In this document: positions 20,902 to 31,106 of the stretch, piece by piece
Position numbering within the stretch: position 1 is the stretch's first letter
Layout of the letters: every line of letters begins with the position of its first letter
IMG/VR virus record: IMGVR_UViG_3300020463_000009
Location: 32,001 to 96,000 of that record
DNA: 64,000 nucleotides
Direction: 5' to 3' (one strand)
From: a virus
Program-made: the position numbers and the translations under genes
The notes under the pieces: model-generated
Database searches by the model: none
What the model was told of the DNA's origin: nothing
What the model saw: the letters and a program-made list of their open reading frames with translations, nothing else

Positions 20902-21707
20902 TGTTTGGAACACATTTTTATAACGAAGGTATTAGAAGATTAACAATTGCTTTTGGTCAATTGTTTAATAATGTTATTGTACAAAATAAATCTTCAACTG
21001 GTGCAGTAACCAAAAGATATAGAGTGCCTTTAGCATATGCACCTAAAGAAAAATTTTTAGTAAGATTAGATGAACAAGCTAATTTAGAAAGTAGAGAATT
21101 TGCAGTAACCTTACCTAGAATGGGATTTGAAATGACAGGTCTAACTTATGACCCTACTAGGAAGTTAAATAAAATGCAAAAATTCAGGCAGGTTAAAACT
21201 GGAGAAAATGGTAAAGTTTTAAACTTTAATTATACACCTGTGCCGTACAATGTAAGTTATACCCTAAATATTTTCACAGCAACGGCAGAGAATGGATTAA
21301 TTATTGTTGAACAAATTTTACCATTTTTCCAACCTGAATATACGGTAACAATTAATATGGTGCCTGATTTAGGTATTAAAAGAGACGTACCAATTATTTT
21401 AAATAATGTAAATTATCAAGATAGTTATGATGGTAATTTTACAACAAGAAGAGCTGTAATATATACATTAGATTTTACAGCAAAAACATATTTATTTGGA
21501 CCTATGACTAATCAAAAAGTTATTAAAAAGGTACAAGATGATTTATATACTGACACACAGAAACCACCAGCGACAAGAGAGGAACGAATTATAGTTGTGC
21601 CTAATCCTACAACGGCTGACGCAGATGATGATTTTGGTTTTACAACAACAATATCAAATTTTGCAGACGGTAAAAATTATAATCCGGTAACAGATACAGA
21701 TGAGTAA
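20901..21707 (+). CDS. gp15: Tail sheath stabiliser and completion protein gp15
   Basis: FYN..IRR..IAFG.LFN, VPLAYAPKEKF, LPRMGFE, EQILPFFQP. Confidence 0.95.
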   Translation: MFGTHFYNEGIRRLTIAFGQLFNNVIVQNKSSTGAVTKRYRVPLAYAPKEKFLVRLDEQANLESREFAVTLPRMGFEMTGLTYDPTRKLNKMQKFRQVKTGENGKVLNFNYTPVPYNVSYTLNIFTATAENGLIIVEQILPFFQPEYTVTINMVPDLGIKRDVPIILNNVNYQDSYDGNFTTRRAVIYTLDFTAKTYLFGPMTNQKVIKKVQDDLYTDTQKPPATREERIIVVPNPTTADADDDFGFTTTISNFADGKNYNPVTDTDE

Positions 21708-22176
21708 ACTTGAAGATAACGTAAATGATATTTTAGGTATTGAAAAGAAAACTGAAGTTGCAGTAAAAGACTTTGAGCAACCAGCACCAGTACCTAGAGT
21801 AGTTGATGAAAATAAAGATGATGTTGATAATGATTATACACATAGTAGAGATAATTATTACAATCTAATTGATAAAGGTAATGAAGCAATTGATGGTATA
21901 TTAGAAATTGCAAAAGAAGGTCAACACCCTAGAGCATATGAAGTTGCAGGACAATTAATAAATCAAGTTGCAACTACCGTTGACAAACTACAAGACTTAC
22001 AAAAAAAATTAAAAGATTTAAAAGAAGTACCTAACAAAACAAGTGCTAATATTAAAAACGCATTATTTGTAGGTTCAACAGCAGAATTACAAAAAATGTT
22101 AAATCGGAAAAACGAAGATGAAATTATTGAAGGCGAAGCAAGTAAACCCAAAGAAGATAATACTGGAGATAAGTAA
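21700..22176 (+). CDS. gp16: Terminase small subunit gp16
   Basis: DY..SR.NYY.LI.KG.EA..G, HPRAYEV, NALFVGSTAELQK. Confidence 0.92.
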   Translation: MSKLEDNVNDILGIEKKTEVAVKDFEQPAPVPRVVDENKDDVDNDYTHSRDNYYNLIDKGNEAIDGILEIAKEGQHPRAYEVAGQLINQVATTVDKLQDLQKKLKDLKEVPNKTSANIKNALFVGSTAELQKMLNRKNEDEIIEGEASKPKEDNTGDK

Positions 22177-22450
22177 AATTCAGTATATTAAATCTATGAC
22201 ACCTTTACCAGAATTATTAGCTGGTGAAGAGTTGCAGTTTCCAATAGAAGTTAGAAAACATATAATTAGTAATACACCTAGAAAAGGTGTTGGTGGTGTT
22301 GAATATATAGAGAAAGAGTATAGTGTTTTTAGAGGTAGTCAAAGAGTACAGGCTGCTTTAAAATTAGGATACACACATATAGAGGGTGTTGTTTTAAATG
22401 AGCAAACAGAAAGTCAAAGATTACAAGAAGAATTAGAGCCAATAATATGA
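22118..22450 (+). CDS. Small ParB/Srx-like protein
   Basis: PIEV...YSVFRGSQRVQAALKLGYTHIEGVV resembles the ParB/sulfiredoxin G.HR..A...LG motif. Confidence 0.45.
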   Translation: MKLLKAKQVNPKKIILEISKIQYIKSMTPLPELLAGEELQFPIEVRKHIISNTPRKGVGGVEYIEKEYSVFRGSQRVQAALKLGYTHIEGVVLNEQTESQRLQEELEPII

Positions 22451-24078
22451 GTACAGACGCATATCTAGGAAATCCAAATCTAAAAAAAGTAAATACACCT
22501 GTTGAATTTACTAAAGAACAGATTATAGAATATCAAAAATGTGGTAAAGACCCTATTTACTTTATGAAAAATTATATAAGGATAGTTTCTCTTGATGAAG
22601 GACTTATTCCTTTTAAGATGTATAAGTTTCAAGAACACATTGTTAATACAATTCACGATAATAGATTTACCATATGTAAATTACCTAGACAATCAGGTAA
22701 ATCAACAACGGTTGTATCTTACTTATTACATTATGCATTATTTAATCCTAATTCTAACATTGCAATATTGGCCAATAAATCTACAACTGCTAGAGATATA
22801 TTAAGTAGAGTACAATTAGCATATGAAAATTTACCGAAATGGTTACAACAAGGTGTAATTAACTGGAACAAAGGTAATATAGAATTAGAAAATAAATCAA
22901 CTATTGTGGCGGCTGCAACTTCTTCAAGTGCAATTCGAGGTGGTTCTTATAATATTATTTTTCTTGATGAGTTTGCTTTCGTACCTGCTAATATTGCCGA
23001 AATGTTTTTTAGCTCTGTTTATCCTACAATATCTTCTGGTACAAAAACAAAACTAGTTATAGTATCTACACCTTATGGTATGAATCAATTTTATAAGTTA
23101 TGGTCAGACGCAGAAAATGGTAGAAACGATTATATACCTATTGACGTGCATTGGTCAGAGGTACCAGGTCGTGATGAAAAGTGGAAAGAAGATACAATTA
23201 GAAACACCTCACCTGAGCAGTTTCAACAAGAGTTTGAATGTGAATTTTTAGGTTCAGTAAACACATTAATTAGTCCTGCTAAAATTAAAAATATAGTATT
23301 TAAAACACCTATAAAATCAAATGCAGGTATAGATGTTTATGAAGACCCTATAAAAGATAGAACATATGTTTGTTGTGTTGACGTAGCTAGAGGTGTTAAT
23401 AAAGATTACTCTGCTTTTGTTATAATAGATGTATCTCAAATGCCTTATAAGGTAGTTTGTAAATATAGAAGTAATGATGTAAAACCTATTTTATTTCCTC
23501 ACACAATTGATAGAGTATGTAAGGCATATAATCACGCACACATTTTAGTAGAAACAAATGACCTTGGCCAACAAATAGCAGAAGCATTACAATTTGAATT
23601 AGAATACGATAATTTATTAATGACAACACAAAGAGGTCGTGCTGGTCAAATACTAGGTGCCGGATTTAGTGGCAGAGGTTCTGGTTTTGGTGTAAGAATG
23701 ACTAAACAAATTAAAAAAATAGGTTGTTCTAACATTAAAACATTAATAGAAAGTGATAAGATTTTAGTAAACGATTTTAACATTATAGAAGAAATGTCAA
23801 CCTTTATTAAAAAAGGTCAGAGTTGGATGGCCGAAGAAGGCTGTACAGACGATTTAATGATGTGTCTAGTAGTCTTTGGTTGGTTATCTAATCAACCATT
23901 TTTTAAAGAAATGACCGATACTAATGCTAGGCAACAACTATATGAAGAACAACAAAATTTAATTGAGCAAGATATGTCGCCTTTTGGTTTCGTAGATGAT
24001 GGCTTTCCAGACCACGAAAAACCTGAAGTTGACGAATATGGTACGGTTTGGCACCCGGTAGTACGCAAAGGTCAGTAG
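22447..24078 (+). CDS. gp17: Terminase large subunit gp17
   Basis: YLGNPNLK, PRQSGKST Walker A, IFLDEFAFV Walker B, VDVARG nuclease motif, DDL.M. Confidence 0.98.
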   Translation: MSTDAYLGNPNLKKVNTPVEFTKEQIIEYQKCGKDPIYFMKNYIRIVSLDEGLIPFKMYKFQEHIVNTIHDNRFTICKLPRQSGKSTTVVSYLLHYALFNPNSNIAILANKSTTARDILSRVQLAYENLPKWLQQGVINWNKGNIELENKSTIVAAATSSSAIRGGSYNIIFLDEFAFVPANIAEMFFSSVYPTISSGTKTKLVIVSTPYGMNQFYKLWSDAENGRNDYIPIDVHWSEVPGRDEKWKEDTIRNTSPEQFQQEFECEFLGSVNTLISPAKIKNIVFKTPIKSNAGIDVYEDPIKDRTYVCCVDVARGVNKDYSAFVIIDVSQMPYKVVCKYRSNDVKPILFPHTIDRVCKAYNHAHILVETNDLGQQIAEALQFELEYDNLLMTTQRGRAGQILGAGFSGRGSGFGVRMTKQIKKIGCSNIKTLIESDKILVNDFNIIEEMSTFIKKGQSWMAEEGCTDDLMMCLVVFGWLSNQPFFKEMTDTNARQQLYEEQQNLIEQDMSPFGFVDDGFPDHEKPEVDEYGTVWHPVVRKGQ

Positions 24079-24091
24079 AAACCTAGCTTAT

Positions 24092-24099
24092 TATAAATA
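24092..24099 (+). promoter_or_regulatory. T4-type late promoter
   Basis: TATAAATA about 100 nt upstream of gp18. Confidence 0.8.
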
Positions 24100-24202
24100 T
24101 CAGTAGAGTATGAAATTTGACTATGGGCGTATGAATAATACGACTTTTGAAAGATATGAGTAAAAATAATTTGCAAATTAAGATAAAAAAGGAGAAACCC
24201 TA

Positions 24203-26122
24203 ATGGCATTTCAAGTATCACCAGGTGTTCTCGTACAGGAAAAAGACTTAACAAGAATCATACCTGCTGTTTCGACTTCAATCGGAGCCTTCGCTGGAAC
24301 TTTCAGAAAAGGACCATTGGATGAAGTAGTAAGTATTTCTAGTGAGCAAGAACTTGTAGCAACTTTTGGTAAACCGGATAACGATAATTTCGAAGACTTT
24401 TTTTCGGCTGCTAACTTTCTACAATATTCTAATGCTTTAAGAGTTGTACGTGTACAGAATTCATCTGTCTCAAACGCTACTGAATCAGGTTCAGCGTTTG
24501 TAATAAAAAATACTACTGATTATACTAATAGCTATGCCGCTGGTCAAGCTTCTGTTGGAATGTGGGCTGCTAGAACAGCTGGCGCATTTGGAAATTCTTT
24601 ACAGATTTCCTCTTGTCCATCTGCTACTGCCTATGAAGAAGTTAACAAAACTACCGTTGCTGACGCCGCTATGGCTGTTGGTGACACGGTTGTTACCGTT
24701 ACCTCATCCTCAGGAATTACAGCAGGCGATATAGTTAATTTTGGTGACAATTTTGAATACAGAGTAATTAGCGTTGCTACTAACGATTTAAATATTGTTA
24801 GAAAAGAGGAACCTATGTACTTTGGAACGTCTGATTCTTCAGGTTTACACGAAGCACCAACAAACGGTGCTCAAGTAAGACGAAGATGGAAATATTACGA
24901 CCAATTTGATAGAGCGCCAGGAACTTCACCATATGCACAAGCAAAAGGTGGAACTAATGACGAACTTCACATAATCGTGATTGACGAAGATGGTGAAATT
25001 ACAGGAACTAAAGGCGAAATTTTAGAAAAATTTGAAGCAACTTCAAAAGCTTCAGACGCTAAAACAGCTCAAGGTTCTGTAAATTACTATCCAGATGTTT
25101 TATACAAATCTTCAAACTACGTTTACTGGATGGACCACAATCCATCAGGTTCTAACTGGGGCTCTGCTGCTTCAGGAACAACGTTTACAGATGTAACCTC
25201 TGTATCTAATGTATCACTACAAAGTGGTTCAAACGGAACAGCGGCAACAACTGGCCAAACAAAAACAGCATATGAAAAATTTGCTGATGGCGAAACGGTT
25301 GATGTAGGATTAATCATAGCAGGTAAAGGTGACGCTACACATATCGGTAACCTAATCACGATTGCAGAAAACAGAAAAGACTCTGTTGTATTTGCAAGTC
25401 CTGAAAGGTCTGATGTTGTAGGTATCGCTGACGCAAATACACAAAAGACTAATGTTGTATCATTCTTTAATACGATACAATCATCTTCTTACATTGTATT
25501 TGATAGCGGTTACAAATACGGTTACGACAGATATAATGACGTATATCGTTTTGTTCCTTTAAACGGAGATATCGCAGGTTTGGCAGCAAGAACTGACCTT
25601 ATCGCAGACGCTTGGTTCTCACCAGCAGGTCTGAATAGAGGTATAGTTAGAGGCGCAGTTAAACTAGCATTTAATCCAACTAAAGCTCAAAGAGACGAAT
25701 TGTACAGAGCAAGAGTAAATCCTGTGGCAACTTTCCCAGGACAAGGTACGGTTCTTTTCGGTGACAAAACTGGATTAACAGCTCCGAGTGCTTTTGATAG
25801 AATCAACGTAAGACGATTGTTTATCACTTTAGAGAAGGCGATAGCAACTGCTTCTAAATTCCAACTTTTTGAATTCAATGATGAATTTACAAGAGCTAAC
25901 TTTAGAAACATTGTAGAACCTTTTTTAAGAGAAGTACAAGGTAGACGAGGTATCACAGACTTTTTAGTTGTTTGTGATGAAACTAATAACACAGGCGAAG
26001 TAATTGATAGAAATGAATTTATAGCAGAAATCTTTGTGAAACCTGCTAGAAGTATCAACTTTATCACATTACAATTTATCGCTACTAGAACTGGCGTCTC
26101 ATTTGACGAAGTTGCTGGTTAA
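24203..26122 (+). CDS. gp18: Tail sheath protein gp18
   Basis: SPGV..QEKDLT, WFSPAGLNRG, FDRINVRRLF, FEFNDEFTR, KPARSINFI. Confidence 0.98.
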   Translation: MAFQVSPGVLVQEKDLTRIIPAVSTSIGAFAGTFRKGPLDEVVSISSEQELVATFGKPDNDNFEDFFSAANFLQYSNALRVVRVQNSSVSNATESGSAFVIKNTTDYTNSYAAGQASVGMWAARTAGAFGNSLQISSCPSATAYEEVNKTTVADAAMAVGDTVVTVTSSSGITAGDIVNFGDNFEYRVISVATNDLNIVRKEEPMYFGTSDSSGLHEAPTNGAQVRRRWKYYDQFDRAPGTSPYAQAKGGTNDELHIIVIDEDGEITGTKGEILEKFEATSKASDAKTAQGSVNYYPDVLYKSSNYVYWMDHNPSGSNWGSAASGTTFTDVTSVSNVSLQSGSNGTAATTGQTKTAYEKFADGETVDVGLIIAGKGDATHIGNLITIAENRKDSVVFASPERSDVVGIADANTQKTNVVSFFNTIQSSSYIVFDSGYKYGYDRYNDVYRFVPLNGDIAGLAARTDLIADAWFSPAGLNRGIVRGAVKLAFNPTKAQRDELYRARVNPVATFPGQGTVLFGDKTGLTAPSAFDRINVRRLFITLEKAIATASKFQLFEFNDEFTRANFRNIVEPFLREVQGRRGITDFLVVCDETNNTGEVIDRNEFIAEIFVKPARSINFITLQFIATRTGVSFDEVAG

Positions 26123-26144
26123 GAAAGGCTAAGGAGAAAATAAA

Positions 26145-26672
26145 ATGGCAAACATAAATGACTTCAAAGCTAAACTTGCAGGCGGCGGCGCAAGAGCCAA
26201 TCAGTTTAAGGTTACAATGCCTTTTCCTGGTTACGCACAGGTTGGTGGCGAAATAGAGGAACTAGCATTCTTATGTAAGGGCACTCAACTTCCGGCAATG
26301 ACAATACCGTCATTTACGGTTCCGTTCAGAGGCAGACAAATTAAGATTGCTGGTGATAGAACATACGCTGATTGGACAATCACGGTACTAAACGATACAA
26401 ACTTCAAATTAAGAAACGCATTTGAAAGATGGTCGAATGGTATTAACAATGCAACAGATGGTGAAGGATTAACAAATCCTGCTGACTATCAAGTTGACGC
26501 ATTTGTTGACCAATTGGATAGAAACGGTGCAACTATTAAGTCGTACACTTTACGAGGTGCTTTCCCGACTGAAATAGCTGCAATTGACTTGGCATACGAC
26601 ACCAATGACGCTGTTGAAGAGTTTGGTGTTACCTTTGCTTATCAATATTTTGAAAGTAATACTACTACATAA
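26145..26672 (+). CDS. gp19: Tail tube protein gp19
   Basis: GGGARANQF.V, FRGRQ.KIAGDRT..DW.IT, FP..I..I.L..D, EEF.VTF.Y. Confidence 0.96.
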   Translation: MANINDFKAKLAGGGARANQFKVTMPFPGYAQVGGEIEELAFLCKGTQLPAMTIPSFTVPFRGRQIKIAGDRTYADWTITVLNDTNFKLRNAFERWSNGINNATDGEGLTNPADYQVDAFVDQLDRNGATIKSYTLRGAFPTEIAAIDLAYDTNDAVEEFGVTFAYQYFESNTTT

Positions 26673-26679
26673 TAAGTAG

Positions 26680-26687
26680 TATAAATA
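26680..26687 (+). promoter_or_regulatory. T4-type late promoter
   Basis: TATAAATA upstream of the portal gene. Confidence 0.8.
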
Positions 26688-26715
26688 TTAGTAATATAAA
26701 AAGTAAGGATATATA

Positions 26716-28239
26716 ATGGCACAATTATTTGGATTTTCTATCACTAGGGTTAAACAACCCCAGGATCCAAAACAAAGCTTTACTACACCACAAGCGGAAG
26801 ACGGTACACAAACCGTCGCCGCTGGTGGTTATTTTGGCCAGTACCTTGATATGGAAGGTACTGCTAAAAATGAGCAGGAACTTATTAGAAGATATAGAGA
26901 GATTGCATTACACCCCGAGTGTGATATGGCAATTGAAGATATTGTTAACGAGGCTATCGTTGCTAATGAGTTGAAAGACGCAGTTAAGCTTGACTTGGAT
27001 AATGTAGAATATGGAAAAGAAATCAAAGGCAAAATAGATAACGAATTTAAAGAAATATTGAGGTTGATGAACTTCAATACTAGAGGTCACGATTTATTTA
27101 GAAGATGGTATGTTGATGGCAGAATCTATTATCATAAAATTATAGATAGAGATTCACCAGTAAAAGGTATAACTGAATTAAGATATATCGACCCTAGAAA
27201 AATTAAAAAAATTAGAGAAATTAGAAAGAAAAGACCTGATGGTGCTACACCATATGGTCTTACGGTTGTTGATGAGTTTGAAGAATACTTTATCTACAAC
27301 GAGAAAGGTGTATCTAATACTACTTCAGGTGGTATTAAGATTGCTCCAGACGCAATATCATTTTGTCCGTCTGGTATAATTGACCAAAATAAAAATTTGG
27401 TTTTATCTTATTTACATAAGGCAATTAAACCTGTAAATCAGTTGCGTATGATTGAAGACGCTTCTGTTATTTACAGAATAGCAAGAGCACCTGAAAGAAG
27501 AATATTTAAAATTGATGTTGGTAATTTACCTAAAGTAAAAGCTGAACAATATCTACGTGATGTTATGGCAAGATATAGAAATAAACTTGTCTATGACGCA
27601 AGCACAGGTGAAATCAAAGACGATAGAAACTATATGTCTATGTTGGAAGATTTCTGGTTGCCAAGTAGAGAAGGTGGTAGAGGTACACAAATTGATACTT
27701 TACCAGGTGGTGCTAATTTAGGAGAAATTGCAGACATAGAATATTTTAGAGCGAAGTTATATCGTTCTTTAAATGTTCCTGTAAGTAGATTAGAGTCTTC
27801 TTCAGGATTTAATTTAGGTCGTTCTACTGAAATAACAAGAGACGAATTGAAATTTACTAAATTTGTTCAAAGATTAAGAAAGAAATTTACTGAACTCTTT
27901 AACGATTTATTAAGAACACAATTAGTCTTAAAAGGTGTTATTGCTGAAGAAGAATGGCATAATTTAAGAGATAGAATTCAATATAGTTTTTTACAAGATG
28001 GACACTTTGCAGAATTGAAAGAGTCAGAAATGTTAATGGAAAGATTGAGATTGGCAGATTCAATGAGAGACTATGTTGGTAAATACTATTCTGTTGAATT
28101 TATCAGAAAACAAGTATTAAGACAAACTGATAAAGAAATACAGGATATTGACAAACAAATTAGAACAGAAATTGATGACGGTATAATATCAGTACCAACA
28201 GGCTTTGGTGGTGATGACTTTACTAGAGAAATCAAATAA
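26716..28239 (+). CDS. gp20: Portal protein gp20
   Basis: SYLHKAIKPVNQLRMIED, IYRIARAPERRIF.IDVGNLPK, EDFWLP.REGGRGT. Confidence 0.98.
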   Translation: MAQLFGFSITRVKQPQDPKQSFTTPQAEDGTQTVAAGGYFGQYLDMEGTAKNEQELIRRYREIALHPECDMAIEDIVNEAIVANELKDAVKLDLDNVEYGKEIKGKIDNEFKEILRLMNFNTRGHDLFRRWYVDGRIYYHKIIDRDSPVKGITELRYIDPRKIKKIREIRKKRPDGATPYGLTVVDEFEEYFIYNEKGVSNTTSGGIKIAPDAISFCPSGIIDQNKNLVLSYLHKAIKPVNQLRMIEDASVIYRIARAPERRIFKIDVGNLPKVKAEQYLRDVMARYRNKLVYDASTGEIKDDRNYMSMLEDFWLPSREGGRGTQIDTLPGGANLGEIADIEYFRAKLYRSLNVPVSRLESSSGFNLGRSTEITRDELKFTKFVQRLRKKFTELFNDLLRTQLVLKGVIAEEEWHNLRDRIQYSFLQDGHFAELKESEMLMERLRLADSMRDYVGKYYSVEFIRKQVLRQTDKEIQDIDKQIRTEIDDGIISVPTGFGGDDFTREIK

Positions 28240-28251
28240 CGGAGATAAATT

Positions 28252-28569
28252 ATGACGGAAAAAATTAAAGATTTTGTGGACAAATTATCCACAGGAGATA
28301 ATGCTGGCGCAGGCGAAGCTTTTAAAAATGCTTTAAGAGATAAGGTTGCTTCTAGTTTAGATAGTCAAAGGCAAGACATTGCAAGTAGAATATTTGCAGA
28401 TGTTCAACCTGAAGCACATAGCGACCCTAAACCGGCGGTTACTGAACCTAGCGAAAAAACTGACCAAATTATTGACACTAGTGGACAAGAAATAAAGTTT
28501 ACGCCAAATACAGAGGCGCCAACGGCAGAGGCACCAGCGACAAATGATGAGAGTCAGCCAAGCAATTAA
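28252..28569 (+). CDS. Prohead core protein-like (gp67 position)
   Basis: Small acidic protein directly after the portal gene; A..AF..AL..KV...L helix. Confidence 0.5.
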   Translation: MTEKIKDFVDKLSTGDNAGAGEAFKNALRDKVASSLDSQRQDIASRIFADVQPEAHSDPKPAVTEPSEKTDQIIDTSGQEIKFTPNTEAPTAEAPATNDESQPSN

Positions 28570-28774
28570 ACAAGACATTGTTGACTCTTCAACATTTAAA
28601 GAATTGCCACCTTTACACAAAGATGTGGTAACAGATTTTTATAATACGGTTGATTATGATAATGATGATATTGTTAAAGAAGTAGAAACTACAATAGACA
28701 AGGTTTCAGTTAAGTATAATGTAAATACAGATGTAATGTATAATTACATAGATAAGGAAATAGGACTAGAATAA
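28544..28774 (+). CDS. Hypothetical head-module protein
   Basis: Coupled ORF in the head module. Confidence 0.5.
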   Translation: MMRVSQAIKQDIVDSSTFKELPPLHKDVVTDFYNTVDYDNDDIVKEVETTIDKVSVKYNVNTDVMYNYIDKEIGLE

Positions 28775-29583
28775 TGGCATATGTAGTAGTACCAGGTTCA
28801 AACGATACGTTAGAATACGATAACGCAGCCACAGCTTCGTTATATACTGATTCTGCCGTAGGTGCTAACTCGGTTATTTCTAGTGGTATAAGAACATATA
28901 CTAAACCAGGAACTAGTGATACGGTACAAACATATATTAGAACTAGAATGAAAGGTGCAATAAACCTTCAAACTCGTTCAGACGATTTTAATAGTTGGTC
29001 AAATAAAGGTCAAATTACTTTAACAACTGGACAAGAAGACCCTAATGGTAATACAACTGCTACAAATATAAAAGATGATGGTGATGGTAATGAAAACAAT
29101 AGACTTGTTTGGGAAAATGGAATACTACCAACTGGTTCTACAACTTACACACAATCTTGTTATGTAAAAAGTAATCAAAATAATTTATTTCAATTATCTT
29201 TTAGAGGTGCTTCAACTAACGTATCCTCAGCAGTTTTTAATTTAGATACTGGCGTTGTAGCACACACATATAATTCAGGTAATAATACACTAGGCCAAAC
29301 ATCAATACACGCTTTAGACAATGGTTGGTTTAGATGTAGATTAACTGCTACTTTAGGAACTTTAGGTGATGGAAGAGTTTCATTTGGACCTATTGATGAA
29401 ACTGGTAATTTATCAAATTTTGGTTATGCAAGATATGTAGGAAATGGAAATACAGGTTGTGATATATGGGGTTATATGGTAAGTGAGGGTGCAAATTTAA
29501 GAAAATATATTAGAACAACTGCTTCAGCTTCATCAACAATTGAAACTGGTGAGTTGTCAAAAACTTATTATGATGGTCAATAA
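28774..29583 (+). CDS. Head-associated protein with a carbohydrate-binding or head-spike-like domain
   Basis: INLQTRSDDFNSW...YTQSCYVK...FNL.TG...NGWFRC...IWG....EG.....YI.TT pattern. Confidence 0.55.
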   Translation: MAYVVVPGSNDTLEYDNAATASLYTDSAVGANSVISSGIRTYTKPGTSDTVQTYIRTRMKGAINLQTRSDDFNSWSNKGQITLTTGQEDPNGNTTATNIKDDGDGNENNRLVWENGILPTGSTTYTQSCYVKSNQNNLFQLSFRGASTNVSSAVFNLDTGVVAHTYNSGNNTLGQTSIHALDNGWFRCRLTATLGTLGDGRVSFGPIDETGNLSNFGYARYVGNGNTGCDIWGYMVSEGANLRKYIRTTASASSTIETGELSKTYYDGQ

Positions 29584-29972
29584 TGACAATACTTTGGTTT
29601 GATAATACTGATACTGAATCAAAGTCAATTGTTCATAAGGTTGACGATAACTTTAAAGTTATAACAAACATTAAAGGTATTCAATCTGATGGTGGTATGG
29701 TAGTTGATGTTTCTAAATTAACAAACGCAACTAGTGAACCTAAAATTAGTATTGCAAATGTTAATTATGAAATATTTGGAACAGGTAACGTTAAACTGAC
29801 ACTAGGTAAACAAGAATTGAATATTAGTGGTAGAGGTAATTATGGATTAAAACCAACTGAAGCAAAGTTGGTTGATGAGGCAGAGCAGAGTGTACAAATA
29901 TTAGCAGACTCTACGGTGCCAAAATTTAATATAAGTTTAGAGTGTCATAAAGAATCAGGATTTGAGGTATAA
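29583..29972 (+). CDS. Hypothetical head protein, paralogue of 29976..30368
   Basis: Shares (V/I)D.S.(L/V)....K(I/L)....Y.I and G.G.(Y/W).L motifs with the next gene. Confidence 0.5.
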   Translation: MTILWFDNTDTESKSIVHKVDDNFKVITNIKGIQSDGGMVVDVSKLTNATSEPKISIANVNYEIFGTGNVKLTLGKQELNISGRGNYGLKPTEAKLVDEAEQSVQILADSTVPKFNISLECHKESGFEV

Positions 29973-29975
29973 CAA

Positions 29976-30368
29976 ATGGCAGATACGGTAACAACACAAA
30001 CAATAGCAGATACAACAGGCGTAAAGTTTGTTGTTAAGATGACTAATTTTTCAGATGGCACAGGCGAGAATTTAGTAAATAAAATAGACGCTTCAGAGGT
30101 TACATTTATGACCGAAGACGCAAATAGAAAACTAGCTAAGATTTGGTACTCAATAAATTCAGCTAACCCTAAATCAGCAGTAGAGTTGATATGGGCAGGT
30201 GGTACTAATGCAACTATGGTTATATTAGGTGGTAATGGGTATTGGGATTTAAGAACAGCTGGAAACGAAGTAATTAACACTGCTACAACACCAACAGGTG
30301 ATGTACTATTATCTACAAAAAATTTTGCTTTAGGCGATAATTACACAATAATTGCAGAATTCAGGTAA
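29976..30368 (+). CDS. Hypothetical head or virion protein
   Basis: MADTVTTQTI.D...K.TN.SDGTGE..V.K.D.S...TGD....T...YTII.E motif seen in marine phage virion proteins. Confidence 0.55.
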   Translation: MADTVTTQTIADTTGVKFVVKMTNFSDGTGENLVNKIDASEVTFMTEDANRKLAKIWYSINSANPKSAVELIWAGGTNATMVILGGNGYWDLRTAGNEVINTATTPTGDVLLSTKNFALGDNYTIIAEFR

Positions 30369-30375
30369 TAATTGT

Positions 30376-30383
30376 TATAAATA
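30376..30383 (+). promoter_or_regulatory. T4-type late promoter
   Basis: TATAAATA upstream of gp21. Confidence 0.8.
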
Positions 30384-30402
30384 TAGGTAGAGAGAGACAA
30401 AA

Positions 30403-31047
30403 ATGAAACTAATATCGGAAGAAATTTCACAAGCAGAATATATTGTGGAAGAAAAGAATGGTAAGAAAGACTACAAGATACGTGGTGTTTTCTTACAATC
30501 AGATATAAAAAACAGAAACGGAAGAATATATGAGAATGATATTCTTGCGAAAGAAGTAAACCGATATAACAGAGAATTTATCCAAAAAAATCGTGCATTT
30601 GGTGAACTTGGCCATCCTGATGGTCCAGTTGTTAATTTAGAGAGAGTATCACATATGGTAACCGCTCTAACACCTGATGGTAAAAATTTTATGGGTGAAG
30701 CCAAGATTATGAACACACCATACGGTAAGATTGTAAAAAATCTTATAGATGAAGGCGCTCAATTAGGAGTATCTTCAAGAGGTATGGGTTCCTTGGTTCA
30801 AAAGAACGGTAGTAATTACGTAGGAAAAGATTTCTATTTAGCTACAGCCGCTGACATTGTTGCAGACCCAAGCGCTCCAGACGCTTTCGTAGAAGGTATT
30901 ATGGAAAATAAAGAGTGGGTATGGGACAATGGTGTAATAAAACAAAGAGATATTGAAGAATATAAAGAGCATATACAGAAAGCAAAGGCAATCAAATTAG
31001 CAGAGGCTAAGGCGGAAGTCTTTAAATCCTTTCTTAAAAAGCTCTAA
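30403..31047 (+). CDS. gp21: Prohead protease gp21
   Basis: NRNGR.Y, GELGHP, NLERVSH, GVSSRGMGSL, DIVADPSAPDA. Confidence 0.97.
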   Translation: MKLISEEISQAEYIVEEKNGKKDYKIRGVFLQSDIKNRNGRIYENDILAKEVNRYNREFIQKNRAFGELGHPDGPVVNLERVSHMVTALTPDGKNFMGEAKIMNTPYGKIVKNLIDEGAQLGVSSRGMGSLVQKNGSNYVGKDFYLATAADIVADPSAPDAFVEGIMENKEWVWDNGVIKQRDIEEYKEHIQKAKAIKLAEAKAEVFKSFLKKL

Positions 31048-31050
31048 TAT

Positions 31051-31058
31051 TATAAATA
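31051..31058 (+). promoter_or_regulatory. T4-type late promoter
   Basis: TATAAATA upstream of gp22. Confidence 0.8.
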
Positions 31059-31106
31059 TCAATAGAAAAGAAAATAAACGTTTATTTTTAATAAGGAGAT
31101 TTCTAA

